A stretch of DNA of 62,901 bases, from the NCBI GenBank assembly GCA_016234725.1, contig JACRAK010000005.1, positions 1-62,901 of the forward strand. The letters run 5' to 3'. Positions within the stretch are counted from its first letter, which is position 1. Each line of letters starts with the position of its first letter. Shown here one piece after another: positions 25,550 to 34,062 of this stretch. Position numbers and translations under genes: made by a program. This DNA is from Candidatus Azambacteria bacterium. GTDB taxonomy: Bacteria > Patescibacteriota > Minisyncoccia > GWC2-36-17 > WO2-46-25. The notes under the pieces are model-generated. The model did not search any database and was not told where the DNA came from. It saw nothing but the letters and a program-made list of their open reading frames with translations.

Positions 25550-28243
25550 TTACGGCACTTCTTTCCAGTGCTCGATCTTCCATCCCGCAGAAGGGCCTGC
25601 GGAAAAATTAATGCCTTGGAGTCCCGACTCATACGTGATGGACGCGTTGTTTTCAAGCTCTACCGCATAGCCGGTGATCTGTTTTGCGCTTGCCGTCTGC
25701 TCCACTTCGATCTTCCCCGCCGACGCGTAAAATATCGCACCGTCGCTGTTGTTTTTCAATGCGATCGCATTGCCTGACCCACTGTATGTGGAAAGGAACA
25801 TGATGTAGCTGCCGTTGGATGGATTACACTGATTTGTTCCCGCATTATATCCCGCGGAACCGCATATCTTCACACCGTTTTGCACACTGATTGCTCCCTT
25901 CGTCGTCGGATTTGCAGGATCATCGGCGATCACCATGGTGCTCAACACGCCAAAGCCCGGGCTCAACACAACTTTGACGTTATTATCGACGGTAATATCG
26001 CCCACCACCCACACCGGCCCGTTAATGTAATAGGTCGCACCGTTGGTCGTTAAATTAAGATCGCCGGTAATTTTTACGGGGCCGAGCGTCGTGCCGTCCG
26101 GCGGGGAATACGGCCCCGCGATCGTGCCGCCCGCCGCGGCAGACGCCTCCCACGAATCAATATTTGCCTGCGAGATCGCCATAGGAACACTTGGCGGATC
26201 CGCATACGGCGTATATGCGGTGCCCGGCGTATACGGTGTCGGGCATGGCGACCCGGGACCATTTAAGAATGTCAGCGATGAACTATCAATGGTGGTGTAG
26301 TACGCATCGCCGCACACCTGCGCATTCATAATGGAATGCACATGTGCGTCTCCGGTCACAAGCACGCCGTCAATCTTTGTCGTAGCCCCTGCAAGATATA
26401 CTTTGAACGCCATGTCGGAATTTGAGCTTCCATTCACATTCGTCCATGTCGGGCTCCCTGCGCTCCAATCAGGGGAATACTTCGCTTGTCCGCTCCCATA
26501 CGGATCGGCCGTATCGTATCCCCACGCCCAATAATTAGAAAGATCGCTTCCGCCGTCAAGCACGATCCAGTATGTAGTCCCATTGGTAAGCGTCGGGTTT
26601 GAAGAAAAACCGACGTCGATCCACACATACCCCGTGCCGACGGATGCGGCGCCGAGCGTGCCGGTCGCCACCACGCTTCCGGTGCCGCCGGGTACGCCGC
26701 TGTTGTTATTTACGATGCGTATCGTCGCATCGGGCGGAGCACCCGTCTTTTTTACATACACACTTACTTTAGAAAGAGCGGAGCTCGTGCTTGGCTGAAA
26801 GCTTTGTGCCGCATCCGATTGTACCGCATACGGGGAACACGCATCATCAGTGCATTTGATGAACTTCAGATCTTTGTTCGTGTTGTCGTAATAACTGATG
26901 CGGGCGAAACCGTCGGCGCCGAGCGCGAGCGACGTGTATTGCCCGACATCAGCGGCATTTTCTGCGGTCACAATATTTTTTGTTGAACAATCGGCGTTCG
27001 TGCATTGCACAAGCTTTAATTCGGTATTTGAAACGCCGTAATAACTGATGCGCGGGAATGTGTCGGCGCCCAGCTTGATCGAGGCGTACTTCCCCACGTC
27101 GCCCGATGTATCAACGCTCGTGATGTTTTTTGCCGAGCAGTCCGCGTTCGTGCAGCGGGCGAATTTGAGATCGTTATTCGTAGTATTGTAATAGCTGATG
27201 CGCGCGAAGCCGTCTGCCCCCATCGCAAGCGACGAATATTGCCCGATGTCATTTGACGTTTCGACGCTCGTGATATTCTTTGTTGAACAGTCGGCGTTCG
27301 TGCATTGAACGAACTTCAGATCTTTGTTCGTGTTGTCGTAATAGCTGATGCGCGCGAAGCCGTCTGCCCCCATCGCAAGCGACGAATATTGCCCGACGTC
27401 ATTTGACGTTTCGACGCTCGTGATGTTTTTTGCCGAACAATCGGCGTTCGTACAGCGGACAAACTTCAGATCTTTGTTCGTGTTGTCGTAATAGCTGATG
27501 CGCGCGAAGCCGTCTGCGCCGAGCGCGAGCGAATCGTACATGCCGACATCGCCGGCCGTATCAACGCTCGTGATGATGCTCCCCACGGTCGTGCCGGCGA
27601 AAAAGTCGGCGTTGTGCGTTGTTGATGATTGATTCAACACCGCGGCCCCCGCACCGGCAACCCACGCATCCCCGACGATCTTCGTGCCGGTGCAATTGCT
27701 TGAGCAGGTGATATTCCCATCGGAATAAATACTGCCGTTCACGGTCGAGTTTTGCTTCAAATTAAGCCCTCCCGCGCCGATCTGCACGCCGTAATAAAAA
27801 TCGGCAACATCGGTTGATAACGTGAGATCTGTTTGTACTTTACGCACTGCGTTTGATAACGCGCCCTCCGTTGTGATCGTTTTCGTCTGGCCGACGGTCG
27901 CTATCGTCGTGGTCGCTACCGCAGAACCCACCGGTATCACTGTTTGCATCCCGATATTTTTTCCGTTCTTAATGCGATAAATAGCATCTTCGATACCTGC
28001 TTCCGATGCGTAATATCCTTGCTCGGAGTTGATCTCGTTGGTAAGCGACCGTGTACTTGAGATCGTGGCGTATAAAAATCCGCCGCCGAATATCAAGCTC
28101 AACGCAAGCACCGCGATCACCCCGACGATGGTGGCGAATCCTTTCTCCTGAAACGTGAAACGTGAAACGTGAAGCATGCGTCCTGAACCTTGAAACTTGA
28201 AACTTAAAGCTTTACGTTTTGAGTTATACGTTTTATGTTTCAT
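25550..28243 (-). CDS. Large PilX-like minor pilin / putative tip adhesin with five 50 aa repeats
   Basis: Prepilin-like N-terminus ...FTFQEKG/FATIVGVIAVLAL (no Glu5, as in PilX/GspK). The alternative start ATG at 28177 gives MLHVSRFTFQEKGF. Central 5 x 50 aa repeats. 897 aa from the first ATG. Confidence 0.7.
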   Translation of the reverse strand: MKHKTYNSKRKALSFKFQGSGRMLHVSRFTFQEKGFATIVGVIAVLALSLIFGGGFLYATISSTRSLTNEINSEQGYYASEAGIEDAIYRIKNGKNIGMQTVIPVGSAVATTTIATVGQTKTITTEGALSNAVRKVQTDLTLSTDVADFYYGVQIGAGGLNLKQNSTVNGSIYSDGNITCSSNCTGTKIVGDAWVAGAGAAVLNQSSTTHNADFFAGTTVGSIITSVDTAGDVGMYDSLALGADGFARISYYDNTNKDLKFVRCTNADCSAKNITSVETSNDVGQYSSLAMGADGFARISYYDNTNKDLKFVQCTNADCSTKNITSVETSNDIGQYSSLAMGADGFARISYYNTTNNDLKFARCTNADCSAKNITSVDTSGDVGKYASIKLGADTFPRISYYGVSNTELKLVQCTNADCSTKNIVTAENAADVGQYTSLALGADGFARISYYDNTNKDLKFIKCTDDACSPYAVQSDAAQSFQPSTSSALSKVSVYVKKTGAPPDATIRIVNNNSGVPGGTGSVVATGTLGAASVGTGYVWIDVGFSSNPTLTNGTTYWIVLDGGSDLSNYWAWGYDTADPYGSGQAKYSPDWSAGSPTWTNVNGSSNSDMAFKVYLAGATTKIDGVLVTGDAHVHSIMNAQVCGDAYYTTIDSSSLTFLNGPGSPCPTPYTPGTAYTPYADPPSVPMAISQANIDSWEASAAAGGTIAGPYSPPDGTTLGPVKITGDLNLTTNGATYYINGPVWVVGDITVDNNVKVVLSPGFGVLSTMVIADDPANPTTKGAISVQNGVKICGSAGYNAGTNQCNPSNGSYIMFLSTYSGSGNAIALKNNSDGAIFYASAGKIEVEQTASAKQITGYAVELENNASITYESGLQGINFSAGPSAGWKIEHWKEVP
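26861..27610. repeat. Five tandem 150 bp coding repeats inside the adhesin gene
   Basis: Unit starts at 26861, 27011, 27161, 27311 and 27461. The two units from 27311 are near-identical. Encoded unit: DVGxYxSLAxGADGFARISYYDNTNKDLKFxxCTNADCSxKNITSVxTSx. Confidence 0.85.
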
Positions 28244-28255
28244 GTTTTATGAATT
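28146..28255. repeat. Heptanucleotide-periodic palindromic module, copy H5
   Basis: 15 consecutive heptads: gaaacgt x3, gaagcat, gcgtcct, gaacctt, gaaactt x2, aaagctt, tacgttt, tgagtta, tacgttt, tatgttt, catgttt, tatgaat. Centre AAGCTT. Encodes the adhesin's N-terminal leader. Confidence 0.8.
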
Positions 28256-28805
28256 AGTACGCTCCGCGAAGCGTTGCGGAAGAATTCACCGCAATGCGCG
28301 CCTGGTCTTTTAGATTCGTGCTTTGCGTGTTGATGCGCGCTTGAATACTCACCGTGACAGAATCTTTTCCTGTCGCAGAAGAAAATTTGGTAAATCGCAG
28401 TTGCTCGACAAATACCCGCTCGGACGTAAGCGGATTTGTGCTTTGCCCGTCCCTTTTTTCATACACCCTTCCGTTGTCCACATAAAAATCAACGTATGCA
28501 CCATTCTCTCCTGAAGGCGCATTCAGTGCGGTTTCCACAGAAAGCTGGCCCGCATCGGCATCAAGTACGCTTGTCGGCATATATACGCTTTTTGCATATC
28601 TGATTTCATCAATGATCGTCCGTAATGCGCCATTTGTATTTTGAAAGACATTTTGCTGCGCAACGGATTTATCATATGCTTTCAAATTATCCATGAGCGA
28701 CGACGTGATAACCGCCATCACGACACCGGCGATACCGACATAGATAAGCATTTCAATGATGGTAAAACCCTTTTCACGAAACGTGAAACGTGAAACGTGA
28801 AACAT
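28254..28805 (-). CDS. Minor pilin (PilW-like) with prepilin-type N-terminal cleavage/methylation motif
   Basis: MFHVSRFTFREKG/FTIIEMLIYVGIAG (G-1, F+1, E+5). Start trimmed to the ATG at 28805. Confidence 0.7.
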   Translation of the reverse strand: MFHVSRFTFREKGFTIIEMLIYVGIAGVVMAVITSSLMDNLKAYDKSVAQQNVFQNTNGALRTIIDEIRYAKSVYMPTSVLDADAGQLSVETALNAPSGENGAYVDFYVDNGRVYEKRDGQSTNPLTSERVFVEQLRFTKFSSATGKDSVTVSIQARINTQSTNLKDQARIAVNSSATLRGAY

Positions 28806-28962
28806 GGATCTTGAATCTTGAATCCTGAAACGTGGAGCACGAAGCAACAAGCTTCGATTGAGGCATTGCGCGTCTGCTTTTCTGTTTTCTGTTTCACGTT
28901 CCATGTTTCAAGATTTTGGTTTCATGCTTCAAGTTTCATGTTCTATGGTTTCAGTTCTTCAG
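28776..28962. repeat. Heptanucleotide-periodic palindromic module, copy H6
   Basis: gaaacgt x3-4 ... cttgaat cttgaat cctgaaa on the left. gtttcac gttccat gtttcaa ... gtttcat on the right. About 50 nt non-repeat centre. Confidence 0.7.
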
Positions 28963-29433
28963 TATATCCGTAATATACGTCACCAGCTGTATACTTTTTG
29001 CGGGAGACCCCCAGCTGACCGTCGTTGTCACTTTTTTTGTCTTAGGGTCGTCGGTGCCACCGGATGTAGCGATGTTGTCATTAATATCGCGCGATACATT
29101 GGCAAGCACGATCGTTCGCGTAAACTTGCTTCCGAGCATTCCCGGATTCGTGCCCGTAAGAGCCCACTGGCTTCCTGATGTCGTGAGATAATATGTCGCG
29201 CCGAACGTAAGCCCCGAGATGTTAGCGGTCCACCCGCCGTCGCGCATATTGCGTACCGCCTCGATTCCTTCCTGTGCATACGCGAGCGCCCTTGCTTTAT
29301 CATTCCTCCCTTGCATCACTTTCAGCGTAAATGCGCTTACCTGTACTACGGAAAAAAACGCCGCCGAAATAATAGAGACCGCGATAACGATCTCAAGCAT
29401 CCCCACGCCTTTTTCAAAATGTGTTGATTTCAT
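28951..29433 (-). CDS. Minor pilin (PilV-like) with prepilin-type N-terminal motif
   Basis: MKSTHFEKG/VGMLEIVIAVSIISAAFF (E+5). The ATG at 29433 overlaps the upstream stop (ATGA). Confidence 0.7.
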   Translation of the reverse strand: MKSTHFEKGVGMLEIVIAVSIISAAFFSVVQVSAFTLKVMQGRNDKARALAYAQEGIEAVRNMRDGGWTANISGLTFGATYYLTTSGSQWALTGTNPGMLGSKFTRTIVLANVSRDINDNIATSGGTDDPKTKKVTTTVSWGSPAKSIQLVTYITDILKN

Positions 29434-30341
29434 TGTGCTGCCGGTGCCGAAGCCCACAACGATGTCCCTTGTGTCACCGCGCCGTCGGCGGCGTAGTTCA
29501 CAAGGCTTTGCCCATCGAGCGATATCTCAAGCGCAGCATTATTATACCGCATATCGCGGGTGACAGAAAAATCCGCCGACGACCCGGTCGCGGCATGCGT
29601 GTGGATGCGAAGCACCTGATTTGAGCCGTTCACGATGACGGTGCCGGACCAATCGAATGCACTGCCGTCCCAATAACTTTGAAAATCGATGTTCTGCGTC
29701 AAGAACCCGGGGAAATTCAACATGAGCGTAACGCCCGACTGTATGCCTTGCGCATAGGTGAAATGCACATGCCGCGTATCTGAAACCCGCGTGCCACCAG
29801 GAGGAAGCGCATCGGCGGAAATATCGGCCCGCCCCGACACCGCGACTTCTATTGTTTTCAATTTTGAGGGGTCGGCGATGAGGCGCACAGTGAGCGTGCC
29901 ATTCTGCGCCGTTTTCCCCGTGATGCGGTCAAACACCACATCGCTCCCGCCTCCCATAAGCGCGATATTTGCGATCTCCGCGCGCGAAGGAAGCGCGTAA
30001 ATGATGTTATCGGGGTCAGACGCATTATATGTCGCGCCCCGAAACAGCACGTACTGCGTTTGCTCAAAATGCACGCCGTACTGCGAGCTGGCAAGCGAAG
30101 CGATGGTCCTCGTACGCGCAAATTGAAGCGCATCCACAACCTTGAATGCCGATGTTTTGAGATCGGCGCTTTCGGTCGCCGTGCTAAACCCGATAAAAAG
30201 AGTGGCGCCGATGATCGCCAGCACCCCTATGGCAATAACGATCTCGATGAGCGTGAACCCGCTCTCCTGAAACCTGAAACTTGAATCCTGAAACTTGAAT
30301 CCTGAAACTTTGAGTTTTGAGTTATACGTTTTATGTTCCAT
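29430..30341 (-). CDS. Minor pilin (FimT/GspH-like) with a 28 aa leader
   Basis: MEHKTYNSKLKVSGFKFQDSSFRFQESG/FTLIEIVIAIGVLAII. There is no in-frame alternative start between the ATG at 30341 and the G/F cleavage motif. Confidence 0.7.
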   Translation of the reverse strand: MEHKTYNSKLKVSGFKFQDSSFRFQESGFTLIEIVIAIGVLAIIGATLFIGFSTATESADLKTSAFKVVDALQFARTRTIASLASSQYGVHFEQTQYVLFRGATYNASDPDNIIYALPSRAEIANIALMGGGSDVVFDRITGKTAQNGTLTVRLIADPSKLKTIEVAVSGRADISADALPPGGTRVSDTRHVHFTYAQGIQSGVTLMLNFPGFLTQNIDFQSYWDGSAFDWSGTVIVNGSNQVLRIHTHAATGSSADFSVTRDMRYNNAALEISLDGQSLVNYAADGAVTQGTSLWASAPAAQ

Positions 30342-30362
30342 GTTTTAAGTTTCAAGTTGTAT
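30262..30362. repeat. Heptanucleotide-periodic palindromic module, copy H7 (pilC-fimT junction)
   Basis: cctgaaa cctgaaa cttgaat cctgaaa cttgaat cctgaaa ctttgag ttttgag ttatacg ttttatg ttccatg ttttaag tttcaag. Confidence 0.75.
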
Positions 30363-30365
30363 GGG

Positions 30366-31595
30366 TTATATGTTATTCATCACCGAGTACATCGGCGTGA
30401 TCATGGAGAGCGCAAAAAACCCGACGCCGGTACCGATCACCACCATCATGATCGGCTCGATGATAGTGGAAAGATTTTTCGTAAGCTCGTTCACCTCGTC
30501 CTCGTAAAATTCCGCGAGCTTGGTAAGCACTTTGGTCAAGCTTCCGGTTTCCTCGCCGACCGCGATCATTTGGACCACCAGCGGCGGATACAGCCCTTTG
30601 TATTTTTTGAGCGATTCAAACAGCGTCTTCCCTTTCTGGATCTCAAGCGCCGCAGTTGAAAGTGACTCGGAAAAATAATGATTGGAAAGTGTCTTTGATA
30701 AAATTTCAAGCGCTTTGACGATAGGAACGCCCGAATCCACAAGAATGCCGAGCGTACGGCACAGCCGCGCAGAGTTCAGCTTGCGCGAGAGCCCCTTGAT
30801 AACAGGCATGCGCAAAATAAGGGCATCAAGCCCTTTCTTGCCGCCCGCGGTGCGAAGTACCAGCCGCATCACATAGATCAAGCCGATCACGCCGCCGATC
30901 GCAAAATACCAATAATTAAGCATGATATTGCTTAAAAAGATAAGTACCTTCGTAGAAGCGGGAAGCTCTGCGCCGATATCAAGAAAAGTGGCGGCGAGTT
31001 TTGGGACCACCAGCACCATCATGAGGTACCCTACGATAAGCATGACCACGAAAATAACGGCGGGATACATAAGCGCGCCGCGTACGCGCGACACGATATC
31101 GTGATCCTTTTTCATCTGGTCAGCAAGTCCATTGAGCACCTCTTCGAGATTCCCCGCAGTTTCGCCGATCCGTACCATATTCACGTACAGATCGGAAAAC
31201 GCATCGGGATGCGCGCCGATGCATTCCGAAAACGCCTTGCCCGCCTGCACGTTGTTTGCCACCTCCGCGATGATCGCTTTCAGTTTTTGATTTTCTGCCT
31301 GCTCTTCAAGCACCGACAGCGCTTTATTGAGCACAAGCCCTGCGCCGATCATCACCGCGAGATTGCGCGTGAACATGATCTTGTCAACAAGAGACACCCC
31401 GCGAAACGGCTTTGCGCCGCGCAATATCTTCCCGAGCGCTCCGGTGGTGGTCACCGTTCCTTCTTCGTTCGCCGATGTCATCACCGCTCCCTGCGCGCGT
31501 AAAATATGCGCGAGATCTTCCAGATCTTTCGCCTCTTGCGTCCCAGAACGTATTTCACCGTCTACCGCTCGCGCGGTATAAAGAAATTTTGGCAT
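30366..31595 (-). CDS. pilC: PilC (type IV pilus platform protein, T2SS F family)
   Basis: 409 aa, two T2SSF repeats, three TM segments. Immediately downstream of pilB. Confidence 0.85.
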   Translation of the reverse strand: MPKFLYTARAVDGEIRSGTQEAKDLEDLAHILRAQGAVMTSANEEGTVTTTGALGKILRGAKPFRGVSLVDKIMFTRNLAVMIGAGLVLNKALSVLEEQAENQKLKAIIAEVANNVQAGKAFSECIGAHPDAFSDLYVNMVRIGETAGNLEEVLNGLADQMKKDHDIVSRVRGALMYPAVIFVVMLIVGYLMMVLVVPKLAATFLDIGAELPASTKVLIFLSNIMLNYWYFAIGGVIGLIYVMRLVLRTAGGKKGLDALILRMPVIKGLSRKLNSARLCRTLGILVDSGVPIVKALEILSKTLSNHYFSESLSTAALEIQKGKTLFESLKKYKGLYPPLVVQMIAVGEETGSLTKVLTKLAEFYEDEVNELTKNLSTIIEPIMMVVIGTGVGFFALSMITPMYSVMNNI

Positions 31596-31656
31596 ATATT
31601 TATTATACTACTTTGCATTACAAAGCGTCAGATGCGAGGCGCGCCGAGCCGCGACT

Positions 31657-31766
31657 CGCTTCCCCCGTTCAATTCTTTCTTTTATCTTAACGGAAGTGCA
31701 GCTCTTCAATAATCCCTATATACAAGAGCGTGAACGGATTAAAGAAAGAATTGAACGAGGGAAGCG
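31657..31766. repeat. Conserved-core long hairpin element, copy B (core inverted relative to A and C)
   Basis: Stem cgcttcccccgttcaattctttc / gaaagaattgaacgagggaagcg (1 mismatch). The core reads atcttaacggaagtgcagctcttc...gagcgtgaacggattaaa. Inner hairpin GCTCTT/AAGAGC covaries with GCCCTT/AAGGGC of the other copies. Confidence 0.75.
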
Positions 31767-31805
31767 GAACAAAGCAGATGGCGGTTTGTAATGCGAAGTA
31801 CACAA

Positions 31806-33605
31806 TTATTCTTTTGCCACACGGAGTATCTCCTCGATCGATGTAAACCCCTGCGCCGCTTTGATGAAGCCGTCTTCCAACATGGTCACCATGCCTTCTT
31901 CTCGCGCCGCGCGCTCGATCTCCGGAAATGGCTCTTTTTTCAAAATAAGATCCCGTATATGCTCAGATACCTCGAGCACCTCGTACACCCCCGCCCGTCC
32001 TTTATACCCCGACGGGGACTCTTTGGACGGCTTTGCTTTGAAAAAATCGATCGTCTCCCATGTCGCATCGGGCGCCACTATCTTCTCGCGTTTCATTATC
32101 TTTAAAATATCATCGAGCTTGAATATTTCACCGAGATTTTTGATCTGGTCCTTGGTCAGATGATATTTTTCTTTTTCCGGGCATAATCTCCGCACGAGCC
32201 GCTGGGCAAGGATCGCGTTCACGGTTGAGGCGATAAGAAACGGCTCTATCCCCATATCGATAAGGCGCGGCAACGCACCCGCCGCAGAGTTGGTGTGCAG
32301 GGTGCTCAACACAAGGTGGCCGGTGAGCGCCGCGTTCACCGCAAGCGTCGCGGTCTCCGAGTCGCGTATCTCGCCCACCATAATGATATTGGGGTCTTGG
32401 CGCAACAGCGACCGAAGCCCCGCCGCAAACGTTAGCCCGATCTGCGGCTTTACCTGCGTTTGGTTCACACGCGGCATCCGATATTCGATCGGGTCTTCAA
32501 TGGTGGAAATATTCACTTCTGCGGTATTGAGGATCTCAAGCGCGGTATAGAGCGTGGTTGTTTTTCCTGAGCCCGTGGGACCGGTAACCAGAAACATGCC
32601 GCTTGGCCGCTGGATCGCGCGCATCACGCGTTCAAGCGACCCGCTGTGGATGCCCAGCCCTTCAAGATTCGTCGTGTGCCCTTCTTCCCGTAAAAGACGC
32701 ATGACGATCTTCTCCCCGTCATACACGGGAATGATGGAAACGCGGAACGATATTTTGAATTCGCTCGTCTCGAGCTTGAAACGCCCGTCCTGCGGGAGTC
32801 GGTGCTCATCAAGCCGTAAATTTGAAAGCACCTTGATGCGCGCGGCAATACCCTGCTGCAATTTTTTCGGCAATGTCATCGCATCGTGCAAAATGCCGTC
32901 GATGCGGTAGCGCACGATCACTTCTTTTTCTGCCGGCTCGATATGGATATCGGACGCGCTTTGCGTGATGGCATGCCGCAACAGCGAATCAACGATCTTG
33001 ATGACCGGAAGGTCTTCGGCCGCCTTCGCAAGCTCCTCCACTTTCACGCCCCCTGCCTCTTCGTCTTTGGGCGCGCTGACAAATTTCCCCTCAAGCGACG
33101 CGAGCTCGCCCGCCTCTTTTTCCTCAACCTCGATACCGCGCGGCGCCAACAGATCGCTGAATTCCTCCTCCAAACTTTTTTGATACTGCTTCAACACCGC
33201 CGCGATGCCTTTGGAATTCGTAAGGCGAGGCAGAATGATAAGATTCGCTTTTTTGCGCACGAACTCGATCGTTTGAATATCTTCCGGGTCGGTCATTGCC
33301 ACCTCAAGATTAGACCCTGCTTTGCGGAATGCCACGATGCTGTATTTGCGCGCAATGGGCTCGGGCACGATCTGCAGAACCTCGAGCGGAATGATCTCCT
33401 TTTCGAGGTTCACAAAAGGAATACCGAGAATATATGCTTTCAGCTTGATAAGCTCTTCTTCGGTGATTATTTTCTGCTCGATGAGCACCGTCTCGAGTTT
33501 TTTACCCGTTTGCGTCGCTTCTTTTTGCGCCCCGTCAAGCTGGTCTTTTTTTGCCAGCCCCCCGTCAAGCAAGAACGCCATCAATTGTTCCGGTTCGACT
33601 CTCAT
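31806..33605 (-). CDS. pilB: PilB/GspE-family type IV pilus assembly ATPase
   Basis: N-terminal T2SSE_N-like domain, Walker A GPTGSGKTTTLY, Asp/His boxes. 599 aa. Confidence 0.9.
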   Translation of the reverse strand: MRVEPEQLMAFLLDGGLAKKDQLDGAQKEATQTGKKLETVLIEQKIITEEELIKLKAYILGIPFVNLEKEIIPLEVLQIVPEPIARKYSIVAFRKAGSNLEVAMTDPEDIQTIEFVRKKANLIILPRLTNSKGIAAVLKQYQKSLEEEFSDLLAPRGIEVEEKEAGELASLEGKFVSAPKDEEAGGVKVEELAKAAEDLPVIKIVDSLLRHAITQSASDIHIEPAEKEVIVRYRIDGILHDAMTLPKKLQQGIAARIKVLSNLRLDEHRLPQDGRFKLETSEFKISFRVSIIPVYDGEKIVMRLLREEGHTTNLEGLGIHSGSLERVMRAIQRPSGMFLVTGPTGSGKTTTLYTALEILNTAEVNISTIEDPIEYRMPRVNQTQVKPQIGLTFAAGLRSLLRQDPNIIMVGEIRDSETATLAVNAALTGHLVLSTLHTNSAAGALPRLIDMGIEPFLIASTVNAILAQRLVRRLCPEKEKYHLTKDQIKNLGEIFKLDDILKIMKREKIVAPDATWETIDFFKAKPSKESPSGYKGRAGVYEVLEVSEHIRDLILKKEPFPEIERAAREEGMVTMLEDGFIKAAQGFTSIEEILRVAKE

Positions 33606-33617
33606 TGCATTGCGTTA

Positions 33618-33986
33618 TTATTTGCCAAGAATTTCCTTGATCTTGAGAACGATGTCAGGAAGATCATAATTCGCCTTTACCAGGTATGTTGTCGCGCCAA
33701 GCGCCACTACTCTTCCTACGTCCTCGGCCGATTCGAGATTGGTAAGCACGATCACGGGAGTATGCGCGGTCGCTTCGTCTTTTTTTATCTCGCCGAGCAC
33801 GGTGAACCCGTCCATTTTCGGCAAGATAAGATCAAGCAGAACAAGGTCGGGCTTTTCTGCGCGTACCGCCGCGAGCCCCGTTTCGCCGTCAGACGCGGTA
33901 ATGACGGAATACCCCGCTTCTTTCAACGCCGCGCCCAACATTTTTTGCAGGGTCGTCTCGTCTTCGATGAATACTATTTTTTCCAT
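33618..33986 (-). CDS. Single-domain response regulator (CheY-like receiver)
   Basis: MEKIVFIEDE..DLVLLDLILPKMDG..PVIVLTN. 122 aa, no output domain. Confidence 0.85.
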   Translation of the reverse strand: MEKIVFIEDETTLQKMLGAALKEAGYSVITASDGETGLAAVRAEKPDLVLLDLILPKMDGFTVLGEIKKDEATAHTPVIVLTNLESAEDVGRVVALGATTYLVKANYDLPDIVLKIKEILGK

Positions 33987-33993
33987 AGAATTC

Positions 33994-34062
33994 TCAAAAC
34001 TTGTATCTTGGATCTTGAAACTGTGTTTCAGGATTCATGTTTTAAGTTTCATGTTTTATATT
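33994..34062. repeat. Heptanucleotide-periodic palindromic module, copy H8 (HK-RR junction)
   Basis: cttgtat cttggat cttgaaa ctgt gtttcag gattcat gttttaa gtttcat gttttat. Overlaps the last codons of the kinase gene (..YKYKT*). Confidence 0.65.

Noticed and set aside
28146-28962. CRISPR array hypothesis for the GAAAC repeats, and likewise for the ATCCCC hairpins at 51774-54170.
   Set aside because: The repeat units are 7 nt and contiguous, or are single hairpins 350-650 nt apart. There are no 25-40 nt direct repeats with uniform spacers, and no cas genes in the window.
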